DNA from: Candidatus Eremiobacteria bacterium
Lineage (GTDB): Bacteria > Vulcanimicrobiota > Vulcanimicrobiia > Vulcanimicrobiales > Vulcanimicrobiaceae
Assembly (NCBI GenBank): GCA_963758295.1
Contig: CAVWUU010000004.1
Location: 1,152,001-1,216,000, forward strand
Length of the DNA: 64,000 nt
Reading direction: 5' to 3'
The translations under genes were made by a program, and so were the position numbers. Under the pieces are notes generated by a model. The model was not told the origin of the DNA, ran no database searches, and was given only the letters and a program-made list of their open reading frames with translations. This document shows, piece after piece, positions 52,772 through 61,811 of the stretch; position 1 is the stretch's first letter, and each line of letters opens with the position of its first letter.

Positions 52772-53115
52772 GCCCGGGCACCGGCGGGCAGCAATCGGAA
52801 CGAGCGGGCTATGCGAACAAGATCGTCGAGGCGCTGCGCTTCAGCCTGCGCGATGCGGCGGCCGAGGGACGACAAACGATAGGGGCGGCGGCGCGCGTCT
52901 TCATCGGTGGCTTCCAATTCGACGATCCAGCCATCGACGAGCATCTGCCGGATTAGCGGATAAAGCGTTCCGGGGGTAAGCCGTACGCTGCCGTTCGTAA
53001 TCGTTTCAACGGCTTTCGCAATCGCATAGCCGTGGCGCTCTTCTTCAGCCAGGCACAGCAGCACGTAAAACGCGCGGGGATTGAGCGGAAGGACCGCCGA
53101 GAGATCGCCGGACAT
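52768..53115 (-). CDS. PadR family regulator (paralog 2)
   Basis: ERHGYAI, TPGTLYP, RRRPYRL; stop overlaps the permease start (GTGA). Confidence 0.9.
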   Translation of the reverse strand: MSGDLSAVLPLNPRAFYVLLCLAEEERHGYAIAKAVETITNGSVRLTPGTLYPLIRQMLVDGWIVELEATDEDARRRPYRLSSLGRRIAQAEAQRLDDLVRIARSFRLLPAGARA

Positions 53116-53148
53116 AACACCTCACCGGAAACGATGTGTTGCTCTACA

Positions 53149-53175
53149 ATATATCGGTTTCCGATAGAGTGTCAA
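53149..53175 (-). promoter_or_regulatory. Putative PadR operator within a sigma70-type promoter
   Basis: ATATATC-GGTTTCC-GATAGAG (53149-53169); minus-strand TTGACA followed by TATATT (16 nt) or TATTGT (18 nt). Confidence 0.72.
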
Positions 53176-53192
53176 TCCTCAGCCGCGGACCG

Positions 53193-54083
53193 CTATGCCC
53201 CGGGAACGGTGGCAGCTTCGGCGGCACGTCGTTCCGAGAGCGCCGAGCGCAACATCGAAAGGGCCGCATACACGACGACAAGCACGACGAGCCAGCGCAC
53301 GTACTGCAGCGGAAGCGATTTCACGATAAACGCGGCGATGAGCACGCCGGGAATTCCGCCTATTGTCAAACCGAGCGCCGCCCTCAGTGAATACGCATCG
53401 AACTTGATGAAGCGCAGGCCCGCCGCCGGCATCAAAAAGGCGCATGAGCCCATCATGATCGGGAATGCGGCGCGCGGATTCATCCCGAGCAAACTGATCA
53501 TGATCAGGCACGGCGCGTACAAACCGATACCGATGGTCATCAATGCGCCAAGACAAAAATTGATAACGATCGCAAGGGCCAGGGTCGTGCCCGTTAATCC
53601 GAGTGCGGTGCCGCCTGCCGGAATTATCTTCAAGTTGGCCATGATGAAAAGCACAGCTGCGACGGCAAGCGCACTGCCCATACCAATTTGAACGAAACGG
53701 CGCGGCCACCGCGCTACCAAACCCGCGCCAAGCCACGCTCCGACTACCGAAGCAACAATAAGCAAAATCATCGTGACGGGATCGACGCCGATCACGGTCG
53801 TGTAGATGAGGGCCTCCGCGATGGTCGGCAACGTGTGACCGACGTTGAGCGTCCCCGGGATCTTCTCGTCCGGTACCAGTTTGAAAAATTTGAACATCGA
53901 CGTCGTCGGGGCGAACGAGCCGATTCCGAGCGTATCGAGGAAATCGGTTACGAAGCCGATTACGAGTTCCACCGGTGTCGGGAAGCCGCGATCGAAAGCC
54001 TTGCGCTCTTCGCGAAACCACAACACCGCAAAAGTAACGGCGACGAGCGCCAGGGCAACCAGGACGAGGGTGAGGATGCTCAT
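53193..54083 (-). CDS. TauE/SafE (TSUP) family transporter
   Basis: Multi-TM protein; GFVTDFLDTLGIGSFAPTT, GALMTIGIGLYAP, AFPIMMGSCAFL. Confidence 0.75.
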   Translation of the reverse strand: MSILTLVLVALALVAVTFAVLWFREERKAFDRGFPTPVELVIGFVTDFLDTLGIGSFAPTTSMFKFFKLVPDEKIPGTLNVGHTLPTIAEALIYTTVIGVDPVTMILLIVASVVGAWLGAGLVARWPRRFVQIGMGSALAVAAVLFIMANLKIIPAGGTALGLTGTTLALAIVINFCLGALMTIGIGLYAPCLIMISLLGMNPRAAFPIMMGSCAFLMPAAGLRFIKFDAYSLRAALGLTIGGIPGVLIAAFIVKSLPLQYVRWLVVLVVVYAALSMLRSALSERRAAEAATVPGA

Positions 54084-54159
54084 GGCTCGCCTGGTTCGCG
54101 GTGCGCCTGGACTGCGACCTCTGCCGCAGCACTAGACAAACGCTTCTATGATGAGTAAG

Positions 54160-54182
54160 AATATATTCCATCAGAATATATT
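54160..54182. promoter_or_regulatory. Putative PadR operator
   Basis: Perfect inverted repeat AATATATTC-CATCA-GAATATATT next to the GGAG RBS of PadR paralog 3. Confidence 0.75.
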
Positions 54183-54192
54183 GGAGCATCAC

Positions 54193-54513
54193 ATGCCGCT
54201 GACTGCCCCCGCGTTCTACTTGCTGCTTGCGTTGGCCGACGGCGACCGGCACGGCTACGCGATCATCAAGGAGATCGAAGAACTTACCGCGGGCGAAGTG
54301 CAGTTGCTGCCCGGCACGCTTTATCGTCTGATCAAGCAGCTCGTGATGGATCAGTGGATCGCGGAAATCGCCGCCTCGGCGGATGACGATCCGCGCCGCC
54401 GGTACTACCGGCTTACGCGTCAGGGCAGAAAAGCGATCGAAGCCGAAGCCCGGCGTTTGGAAACGATGGTGCAGCTCGCGCGACGCCGCCGGCTCTTGCC
54501 GGCCGGAGCATAA
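54193..54513 (+). CDS. PadR family regulator (paralog 3)
   Basis: LLLALADGDRHGYAI, LPGTLYR, RRRYYRLT. Confidence 0.9.
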   Translation: MPLTAPAFYLLLALADGDRHGYAIIKEIEELTAGEVQLLPGTLYRLIKQLVMDQWIAEIAASADDDPRRRYYRLTRQGRKAIEAEARRLETMVQLARRRRLLPAGA

Positions 54514-54516
54514 ACG

Positions 54517-57120
54517 ATGTTTGAGACGCTTTATCGCAGGCTGCTCTGGTTATGTCCGCGTGATTTCACCCAGACGTACGGCGAGCAAATGCAAGGACTA
54601 TTCTGCGAATCGATGGCGGCGCAGAGCGGCGCTCAAGCGTTGACGTTTGCCCTCCGGGCGTATGCCGATCTCATCGCGACGGCGTTTTCAGAGCGATTCA
54701 GCGCAGTCAGGCGCGACGTCGGCTTCGCGTTGCGGCTGGCGCTTCGTTCGCCCGTGCATTCGCTGATCATCGTGGCTACGCTCGGCATTGCGATAGGAGT
54801 GGGAACGGCCGTATTCAGTGCGGTCGACGCAGTTCTTGTTGCGCCGCTGCCATATGCGCGTCCCGATCGCATCGTGGCGATTCGCGAATACTCCCTCAAG
54901 AACCCCAACGCGGCCGGCGGCGAGACTTCCCTTCCAAATAGCGAGGATTGGCGGCATATGTCTCGCTCGTTCGCGGAGCTTGGATCGTTTGCAGCGTTCT
55001 TGACGACGCGAACCGACGTCGCAAATCCTGAAGCACTAGCGGGAGCGATCGTCACGGGCGGCTTCTTCGACACGTTGGGCGTTCACGCGCAAATCGGGCG
55101 CCTGCTGAACGATTCGGACACGAAAGCAAATGCGCCGCGAAATGTCGTGCTCGCCGACGAGTACTGGCGTCGCGCGTATAACGGTTCCCCGGCCATCGCC
55201 GGCAAGACCATCCGGCTCAACGGCGATCCGTATATTATCGTGGGCGTTCTGCCGGCCGGATTCATCATGCCTCGTGCTTCGAGTTTCTACGAATCAAGAT
55301 TCGAGGTGTATCGCGCACGCACGCAAAACGCGACGACCCGGGACGCCAATTACTTAGATACATTCGCGCGGCTAGCGCGGGGAGCGACTATCGCGTCGGC
55401 GCAGAGCGATATGGACCGCATCGATGCGATACTTCGAAATCGCTATCCGGTAAGCAATTCCGGCAAAGCGGCACGCGTGATGGATTTGCGCGCGTTTCTT
55501 TTCGGCGACGCGAGCGCGACGCTCGCGATCGCAAGTGCCGCCGTTGCCGGCATTATCCTCATCGCTTGCCTGAACGTTGGGAACATGCTTCTCGCGCGCA
55601 TGGCCCTTCGCGAACGAGAAGTTGCCGTTCGCATGGCGGTCGGCGCTTCGCGCGGCCGCGTGCTTCGACAACTGCTCTTTGAGACCTCAACCTACGCTCT
55701 GGCGGGAGGCCTCGCCGGTTTTGCGCTCTGTGTGGCGATCGTGCGCAGCATTGCCTCACTCGATCTTCCGATTCCCCGGCTTGAGAGCATCGCCGTGAAC
55801 CCGCTGGTGATCTTAGCGGCGTTCGCCATCGTAGCATTTACGGCAATCGCGACGACGCTTGCGCCGGCGCTTCTACTTTCCGAAAAGCATCTTTCCGATA
55901 CGTTGAAATCCGCCGGTCGCGGGGCCACCGACGCGCGCGGCAAGATCGCCCGCACCGTCGGCGTGGTCGTCGAAATAGGCCTCGCCATTGCGCTGGTTAC
56001 TTCATCGGCGTTACTGGTTCGCAGTTTCGCGGCGCTCACGTCCGTAGACGTCGGCTTCTCCTATGCGGGAGTCGTTGCCAGCAATTCGGTCCGGCTGCCC
56101 GTAAACCGATATAAGACGCTTCAGGGACAAGTAGCCTTTGCATCGCAACTGATGGCGAAGATGAAAGCCATCCCCGGCTTCCAAGATGCCGGACTGATGG
56201 TTTCTACGCCGCTCTCGAACACGAACGATTTTTCGAATTCGTTCACGATTACGAGCCAGCCGCAGCCACCCAACGCGAAACCCGAGGCTGAATACAACGC
56301 CGTTACGCCCAGTGCATTTCGCCTGTTCGCGTTTCACGTCCGAAGCGGCCGCGGCCTATTGGAAAGCGACGGCCCGAATGCGCGAAAGATTGCGGTCGTC
56401 ACCAAGACGTTCGTTACGAAGTTCTTTCACGGAACGAATCCGATCGGCAAAAGCATTGCGACGGGCTTCAATGAAGACAATCCGCGGGAGATCGTCGGCG
56501 TAATCGATGATTTCAAAGCTGAGGCGCTTACCGAGGCGCCGATGGCACAAATTCTCGTCCCGTTCTATCAGGACGTGTATCCGGAGTTCCAGATCGTCGG
56601 CCGCTCAAAGATTCCGCTTCAGGCGCTGTCCATGCAGGTTTCCGCAGCGATTCATTCGCTCGATCCATTAATGCCCGCGCGCAGTTTCGGCAGTTACCAG
56701 CGCTACATCCAAGCGCGCCGCGCGCAGACGCTCATCGCGGCGGAGCTGATGATCGTCATGGCCGGCATTGCGCTCGTCCTTGCCGCCGTCGGCACGTATG
56801 GCGTCGTCGCATACAATGTGGCACAACGGAGGCAAGAGTTCGGCATCCGGCGTTCGCTGGGCGCGCGCAGCGGCTCGATCGTTGCTGCGGTCTTGCGTCA
56901 GACGCTGCTCTTTGCCGCAGCCGGCATCGCGCTCGGGTTTTCGCTCTCCGTGCCGATGGCAAGAGCCGTGCAGTCACTCCTCTACAATGTACCGCCCGTG
57001 GACTTGCTGACCTTCGCCTTAGTAGCATTTGCCTTGCTGCTCGTCGCGATCGCGGCGTCGCTTCAACCGGCGCTCGCTGCAACACGCGTCGATCCCATCG
57101 TCGTCTTGCGCTATGAGTAG
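54517..57120 (+). CDS. Large duplicated MacB/FtsX-type ABC permease (ADOP-like) 2
   Basis: RDVGFALR, LGIAIGVGTAVFS, LLIACLNVGNM, REVAVRMAVGA, EFGIRRSLGA, ATRVDPIVVLRYE. Confidence 0.9.
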   Translation: MFETLYRRLLWLCPRDFTQTYGEQMQGLFCESMAAQSGAQALTFALRAYADLIATAFSERFSAVRRDVGFALRLALRSPVHSLIIVATLGIAIGVGTAVFSAVDAVLVAPLPYARPDRIVAIREYSLKNPNAAGGETSLPNSEDWRHMSRSFAELGSFAAFLTTRTDVANPEALAGAIVTGGFFDTLGVHAQIGRLLNDSDTKANAPRNVVLADEYWRRAYNGSPAIAGKTIRLNGDPYIIVGVLPAGFIMPRASSFYESRFEVYRARTQNATTRDANYLDTFARLARGATIASAQSDMDRIDAILRNRYPVSNSGKAARVMDLRAFLFGDASATLAIASAAVAGIILIACLNVGNMLLARMALREREVAVRMAVGASRGRVLRQLLFETSTYALAGGLAGFALCVAIVRSIASLDLPIPRLESIAVNPLVILAAFAIVAFTAIATTLAPALLLSEKHLSDTLKSAGRGATDARGKIARTVGVVVEIGLAIALVTSSALLVRSFAALTSVDVGFSYAGVVASNSVRLPVNRYKTLQGQVAFASQLMAKMKAIPGFQDAGLMVSTPLSNTNDFSNSFTITSQPQPPNAKPEAEYNAVTPSAFRLFAFHVRSGRGLLESDGPNARKIAVVTKTFVTKFFHGTNPIGKSIATGFNEDNPREIVGVIDDFKAEALTEAPMAQILVPFYQDVYPEFQIVGRSKIPLQALSMQVSAAIHSLDPLMPARSFGSYQRYIQARRAQTLIAAELMIVMAGIALVLAAVGTYGVVAYNVAQRRQEFGIRRSLGARSGSIVAAVLRQTLLFAAAGIALGFSLSVPMARAVQSLLYNVPPVDLLTFALVAFALLLVAIAASLQPALAATRVDPIVVLRYE

Positions 57121-57164
57121 GTTTCGGCAATGCGGCGCTCATCGCAGCGTAAGATTTTAGCCGG

Positions 57165-57290
57165 CTAAGCGAGCCTTCGCGCTTCCGCTTGAGCGATGTT
57201 TCGCGCCCAACCCGTCAAGCGGTAATGCTCGCAACGGCCGTCGTCGTTCGATGCGACGGTCTCGGTGGTCCATCCGTCGGCAGCCGGAAG
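57165..57290 (-). pseudogene. Remnant of a fourth PadR gene (C-terminal half)
   Basis: Manual translation LPAADGWTTETVASNDDGRCEHYRLTGWARNIAQAEARRLA* aligns with the C-terminal halves of the three intact paralogs; no start codon or HTH. Confidence 0.72.
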
Positions 57291-60200
57291 CTAACGAATT
57301 GCTGCTGCGTTAAAGTAAGCGGCGCGCGGATGGTGCATGACGATCGCCGCGGTCGATTGCTCCGGCACCATCTGGAACGCTTCGGTGAGCGTCACGCCGA
57401 TGCGGTTTGTCGCGTCGAGAAGACGGAACACCGTTTCATGTTGCGAGAGATCGGGACACGCGCCGTAGCCCCACGAGTAGCGCTTGCCGCGTTCTTGATC
57501 GAGACGCAACTCCGTTCGAACACGGCGGTGCGTCCACTCCGCAAGCGCCTCCGCCGACTGCACGGTGAAGCCATGCAGAAAGTATGATTCGCTGTAATCG
57601 CCGCCATGATGCAGCGCTTCGGTGCGCCGGGCGGCGTCGGTCCCAATCGTGACGACCTGCAGCGCGATGGTATCGACGGCGCGGCCGTTCTCCGGCGCAC
57701 GCACGTAATCTGCAAGGGAGAGGTGGTCGCCGCCAACTTGACGTGCAAACGGGAAGCGCGCGATTTCCCGCGTGCGATCTTCCGGATCGTACACAATAAC
57801 GTCGTTGCCTACGCCGGCGGCCGGGAAGTAGCCGTACGCGACGCGCGGACGCAGCAAGCCGTCCGTCATCGCCTCCCGCTGATATGCCTCCAGCCGCGGC
57901 TCGAATTCCTGACGCACCAGGGAGTCGAACGCGTCGCCTTTCGTATTGCTCGCGCCCCACGAAAGCCGGTAGAGACTTTTCAAGTCAAAGCACGGCCACA
58001 GCTCGCGAACGTCGACGCTCGAGAGCGTGCGAGCGCCCCAGAAGGGCGGCTCGGGAATATCAGCGAGTTCCGATTTAACAAAAGAGATGACCGGCTCGGT
58101 CGAAACGTCCGCAGCGGGCACGCGCACCTTGTCGCGGTGTTTCACCGCTTCGTTACGCATGCGCTCGACGAAGGCGTCGCGTTCCTCGGGCTTGGCCGTA
58201 AGACGGTCCATGATTTCGAGGCCTTCGAACGCGTCCTTCGCATAGAACAGTCCCGGCGAAAAAAAGCGTTCGCCTTCGTCGAGCAGCGCGATGCGCCGCC
58301 CGAAATCGCGATTGATCGCCGCGCCGCCCACAATGACGGGAAACTTCAGCCCGCGCGCGTCTTGTTCTTGCACGCAGATCGGCATTTGTTTGCTGGTTGA
58401 AACGAGGAGCGCCGAGAGCCCAATGGCGTCGGCATGTACTTCCACGGCCTTTTGCAAGATGGTGTTCATCGGCACTTGTTTACCGAGATCGTGCACGGTG
58501 TAGCCGTTGTTCGTGAGGATCGTGTTGACGAGATTCTTCCCGATGTCGTGCACGTCGCCGAAGACGGTCGCGAGCACGACGGTACCCTTCGTTGCGCCCT
58601 CTTTCTTTTCGAGGAACTGTTCTAGATGCGCAACGGCCTTCTTCATCACTTCAGCCGACTGAAGAACGAAAGGCAGGATCAACTCGCCCGCGCCGAACTT
58701 ATCGCCCACGTCTTTCATCGCGGGCAGCAGGATCTCGTTTAGCACCGCAACCGCTTCGCGAGTCTCGAGCGCCGTGTCGATCTTGGCCTCGATGCCGTCT
58801 TTGCGGCGGCGGAGAATCGCATTGTGAATCTGCTGCTCGATGGGAAGATCCGCTTCCGCATCAATCGCTTCGTTCGTTGCCTGCTGCGAGGCATCGTGCC
58901 CTTCGAAGCGGTCGATCAGGCGCGCCAGCGCGTCGGGACGGCGATTGAAAACGAGGTCGTCGCAGAGGTCCCGTACTTCCGTGTCGATCTCGGCGTACGG
59001 GGTGATTTCTTTAGCATGAACGAGCGCAGCATCGAGGCCCGCCTGCACGCAGTGATGGAGAAACACCGAGTTCAAAGCCGCGCGCGCTGCCGCTTTTAAT
59101 CCAAACGAGACGTTCGATACGCCGAGCGAGGTAAGCACGCCCGGAAGCTCGCGCTTGATGAGGCGAATGCCTTCGATCGTTTCCACCGCGGAGTTTGCAA
59201 ATTCCGCGTCGCCGGTCGCCAGCGTAAACGTGAGATCGTCGAAGATCAGCGCGCCTGCCGGGATTCCGTACTCGCCCACGACGATGTCGTAAATGCGGCG
59301 CGCTACTTCGACTTTTCGCTGCGCCGTCTTGGCCATGCCGCTCTCATCGATGGTCAGCGCGACCACGGCTGCGCCGTGCAACTTCGCCAACGGCAGAATT
59401 ACGTCGACCTTCGTCCGTCCGGCTTCCAGGTGAACCGAATTCAAGATGGCGCGACCGGGATAGTTTTCCAGCGCCGTTTGCATGACGCGAGGTTCGGTCG
59501 AATCGATCATCAACGGCGCTTCGATAGACTGCGCTAAGCGCCGGACGATCTCGCGCATCTGGACGTCTTCGTCCGTGCGTTCGGTCAGCGCGCAGCAGAT
59601 ATCGAGCACGTGCGCACCGGCTTCGACCTGTTCGCGCGCCACAAGCACGATCTCGTCGTAGTTGTCCTCAAGGAGCAAGCGCTTCATTTTGCGCGACCCC
59701 TGGCTGTTTATGCGTTCGCCTACAAGCAACGGCCGCGGCTCTTGTTCGAGCGACGTTGCCGTCATCGCCGAGGCAGCAAATTGCACGGGCTTGGGCTGCG
59801 GCTGCCGTCCGGGACGTCCGATTTCGTCGACGGCGGCCCGCAGCAAGGCGATATGTTGCGGCGTCGTTCCGCAACAGCCGCCAATGACGTTGACGCCGAA
59901 TTCGCGAACGAACTCCGCCAGTTCGCGCGCCAGTTCTTCCGGCGTTTCGGGATAGATCGTTTCGCCTTTGGGGCCCATCAGCGGCAGGCCGGCATTTGGA
60001 ATTACGCTGATGAAGCACCGTGAGTTGTCGGCGAGGTAGCGAATCGAATCGCGCATTTGCGCAGGGCCCGTCGAGCAATTCAAGCCGATGACGTCGACCG
60101 GGAGCGCATCGAGCGTCGAGCAAATCGAGCGAATGTCGGTGCCAAGCAGCATACGCCCTTCGGTGATCAGGGTCGGTTGCGCTTGGATCGGCACGCGGCG

Positions 60201-60761
60201 CATTCCGCGATCGAATTCGCGCACTATGCCCGCGATGGAGGCTTTCAGCTCGAGCAGATCTTGCATCGTCTCGAGCAGCAGCACGTCCGCGCCGCCGTCG
60301 ACCAACGCTCGTGATTGTTCGGCGTAAAGATCGACAAGCTGTTCGAACGTGATTTTCGAGAGCGACGGATCGGACGAAGAGATCAGCATGCCCGTCGGAC
60401 CAATCGAGCCCGCGACGAAACGCGGCCGGTCTTTCGTCGAAGCAGCATCGCACGCGTCGCGGGCGATTTCGGCGGCCCGGCGGTTTATTTCGTACGTCTT
60501 TTCGCCGAGCTCGTATTCATCGAGTTTCAGACGCGACGCGGTAAACGAGTCGCTTTCCACGACGTCGGCGCCGGCTTCCAAATAGGCGGCATGAATGGAG
60601 CGGACGACGTCCGGCCGCGTGAGAACGAGCGCCTCGTTGCAACCCGCATAACGCTCGCCGCCGAAATCGGCAGCAGATAAGTCAAGCGCCATGAGCTGAG
60701 TGCCCATGGCGCCGTCGTAAATCAAGACCCGCTCGGTGAGCAGGCGCAGATAGTCACGCAA
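57291..60761 (-). CDS. metH: Cobalamin-dependent methionine synthase
   Basis: DGAMGTQL, GLNCSTGP, GGCCGTTP, GDVHDIGKN, RYSWGYGACP. Confidence 0.96.
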   Translation of the reverse strand: MRDYLRLLTERVLIYDGAMGTQLMALDLSAADFGGERYAGCNEALVLTRPDVVRSIHAAYLEAGADVVESDSFTASRLKLDEYELGEKTYEINRRAAEIARDACDAASTKDRPRFVAGSIGPTGMLISSSDPSLSKITFEQLVDLYAEQSRALVDGGADVLLLETMQDLLELKASIAGIVREFDRGMRRVPIQAQPTLITEGRMLLGTDIRSICSTLDALPVDVIGLNCSTGPAQMRDSIRYLADNSRCFISVIPNAGLPLMGPKGETIYPETPEELARELAEFVREFGVNVIGGCCGTTPQHIALLRAAVDEIGRPGRQPQPKPVQFAASAMTATSLEQEPRPLLVGERINSQGSRKMKRLLLEDNYDEIVLVAREQVEAGAHVLDICCALTERTDEDVQMREIVRRLAQSIEAPLMIDSTEPRVMQTALENYPGRAILNSVHLEAGRTKVDVILPLAKLHGAAVVALTIDESGMAKTAQRKVEVARRIYDIVVGEYGIPAGALIFDDLTFTLATGDAEFANSAVETIEGIRLIKRELPGVLTSLGVSNVSFGLKAAARAALNSVFLHHCVQAGLDAALVHAKEITPYAEIDTEVRDLCDDLVFNRRPDALARLIDRFEGHDASQQATNEAIDAEADLPIEQQIHNAILRRRKDGIEAKIDTALETREAVAVLNEILLPAMKDVGDKFGAGELILPFVLQSAEVMKKAVAHLEQFLEKKEGATKGTVVLATVFGDVHDIGKNLVNTILTNNGYTVHDLGKQVPMNTILQKAVEVHADAIGLSALLVSTSKQMPICVQEQDARGLKFPVIVGGAAINRDFGRRIALLDEGERFFSPGLFYAKDAFEGLEIMDRLTAKPEERDAFVERMRNEAVKHRDKVRVPAADVSTEPVISFVKSELADIPEPPFWGARTLSSVDVRELWPCFDLKSLYRLSWGASNTKGDAFDSLVRQEFEPRLEAYQREAMTDGLLRPRVAYGYFPAAGVGNDVIVYDPEDRTREIARFPFARQVGGDHLSLADYVRAPENGRAVDTIALQVVTIGTDAARRTEALHHGGDYSESYFLHGFTVQSAEALAEWTHRRVRTELRLDQERGKRYSWGYGACPDLSQHETVFRLLDATNRIGVTLTEAFQMVPEQSTAAIVMHHPRAAYFNAAAIR

Positions 60762-61799
60762 TTAAGTTCGACTACTCGCTTCTAAGACGGCGAAGTTAGG
60801 GGTGACGTGGATCTCTCCGACGCGACGCCCAGCACGATTATACACGATGGGATGCGCGAAGGCACGGAGTTCTGTCGCCTGCTCCGCCGTCAAAGCGTCG
60901 AGCCGTTCCAACGCAGCCATGGTCACCGGCGCGCGGCCGCGGCTTGAACCATCTATCACTTTGCTTGCATAGCCCACGCCTCCCGGCACGAACGAAGCCC
61001 CGTGCACGCCTTCGGCACCGGCCTTACAAGCAACCGAACCGCCCGCAACTCGCATCAGCTCCGTATCGAATTCTTTCGTTCCGCTCACATATTCGGGATG
61101 AGAAATCATCGCGTCGCGCACCACCAGCAGCGCCATGGCGTCGCGTTTCTCCAAGCCCTGGAGCGAGGCGAAGCGTGCGAATGCGAGCGCGGCCTTTCGA
61201 AGGGTCGTCGCATAGACGGGAATCCCACACCCGTCAACCCCGAGCGGCCACGACGACGGATCGTCGTCCGACATGCGCGCGCAGAAGGCGAGAATCCGTT
61301 GCTGCACGGGATTTTCCAGATCCAGATACGTTGAGATATCGGCGCCGATGACTTTACACAAGGCCAGAATCCCCGCGTGTTTGCCGGAGCAATTGTTGTG
61401 GACGCGGCTGGGTTCTTCGCCCGCGCGTAAGAGCGCGTGCGATGCTGCTTCGTTGTAGGGAAGATGCGCGCCGCACTGAAGCGCCGACTCATCGAGCCCG
61501 ATCTTTTTCAAAATCGAACGAACGGCTTTCACATGGAACGGTTCGCCGGAATGCGACGCCGCCATAACGGCGATTTCGCGCATATCGAGCCCGAAGGCTT
61601 CACGCACTCCCGCTTCGATGGCGGCCGCCGCAATGAACGGTTTAGCCGTGGAGCGCAGGAACACCGGCGTATCGATTTCGCCGGCGGAGAAAAGGATATC
61701 GCCGCGCGCATTGGACGCGCACGCGGCGACATGATGAATCGACTCGACGAGGCCGCCTCGCGTAACCTCGACGATGGGTTGTCCTTGGAGTTCGTGCAA
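60762..61799 (-). CDS. Asparaginase of the Rhizobium etli AnsA-like family
   Basis: RSTAKPF, ASHSGE, NNCSGKH, DGCGIP, KAGAEG. Confidence 0.85.
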   Translation of the reverse strand: MHELQGQPIVEVTRGGLVESIHHVAACASNARGDILFSAGEIDTPVFLRSTAKPFIAAAAIEAGVREAFGLDMREIAVMAASHSGEPFHVKAVRSILKKIGLDESALQCGAHLPYNEAASHALLRAGEEPSRVHNNCSGKHAGILALCKVIGADISTYLDLENPVQQRILAFCARMSDDDPSSWPLGVDGCGIPVYATTLRKAALAFARFASLQGLEKRDAMALLVVRDAMISHPEYVSGTKEFDTELMRVAGGSVACKAGAEGVHGASFVPGGVGYASKVIDGSSRGRAPVTMAALERLDALTAEQATELRAFAHPIVYNRAGRRVGEIHVTPNFAVLEASSRT

Positions 61800-61811
61800 C
61801 GGCGGTGTTGG

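Noticed and set aside
47768..57290. PadR/permease cluster as a mobile element
   Set aside because: I saw no integrase, transposase, tRNA target or flanking repeats.
57165..57293. Stop-codon readthrough giving a MetH-PadR fusion
   Set aside because: MetH appears complete at the TAG, in-frame placement has a 1-in-3 chance, the remnant is decayed, and no recoding signal is visible.
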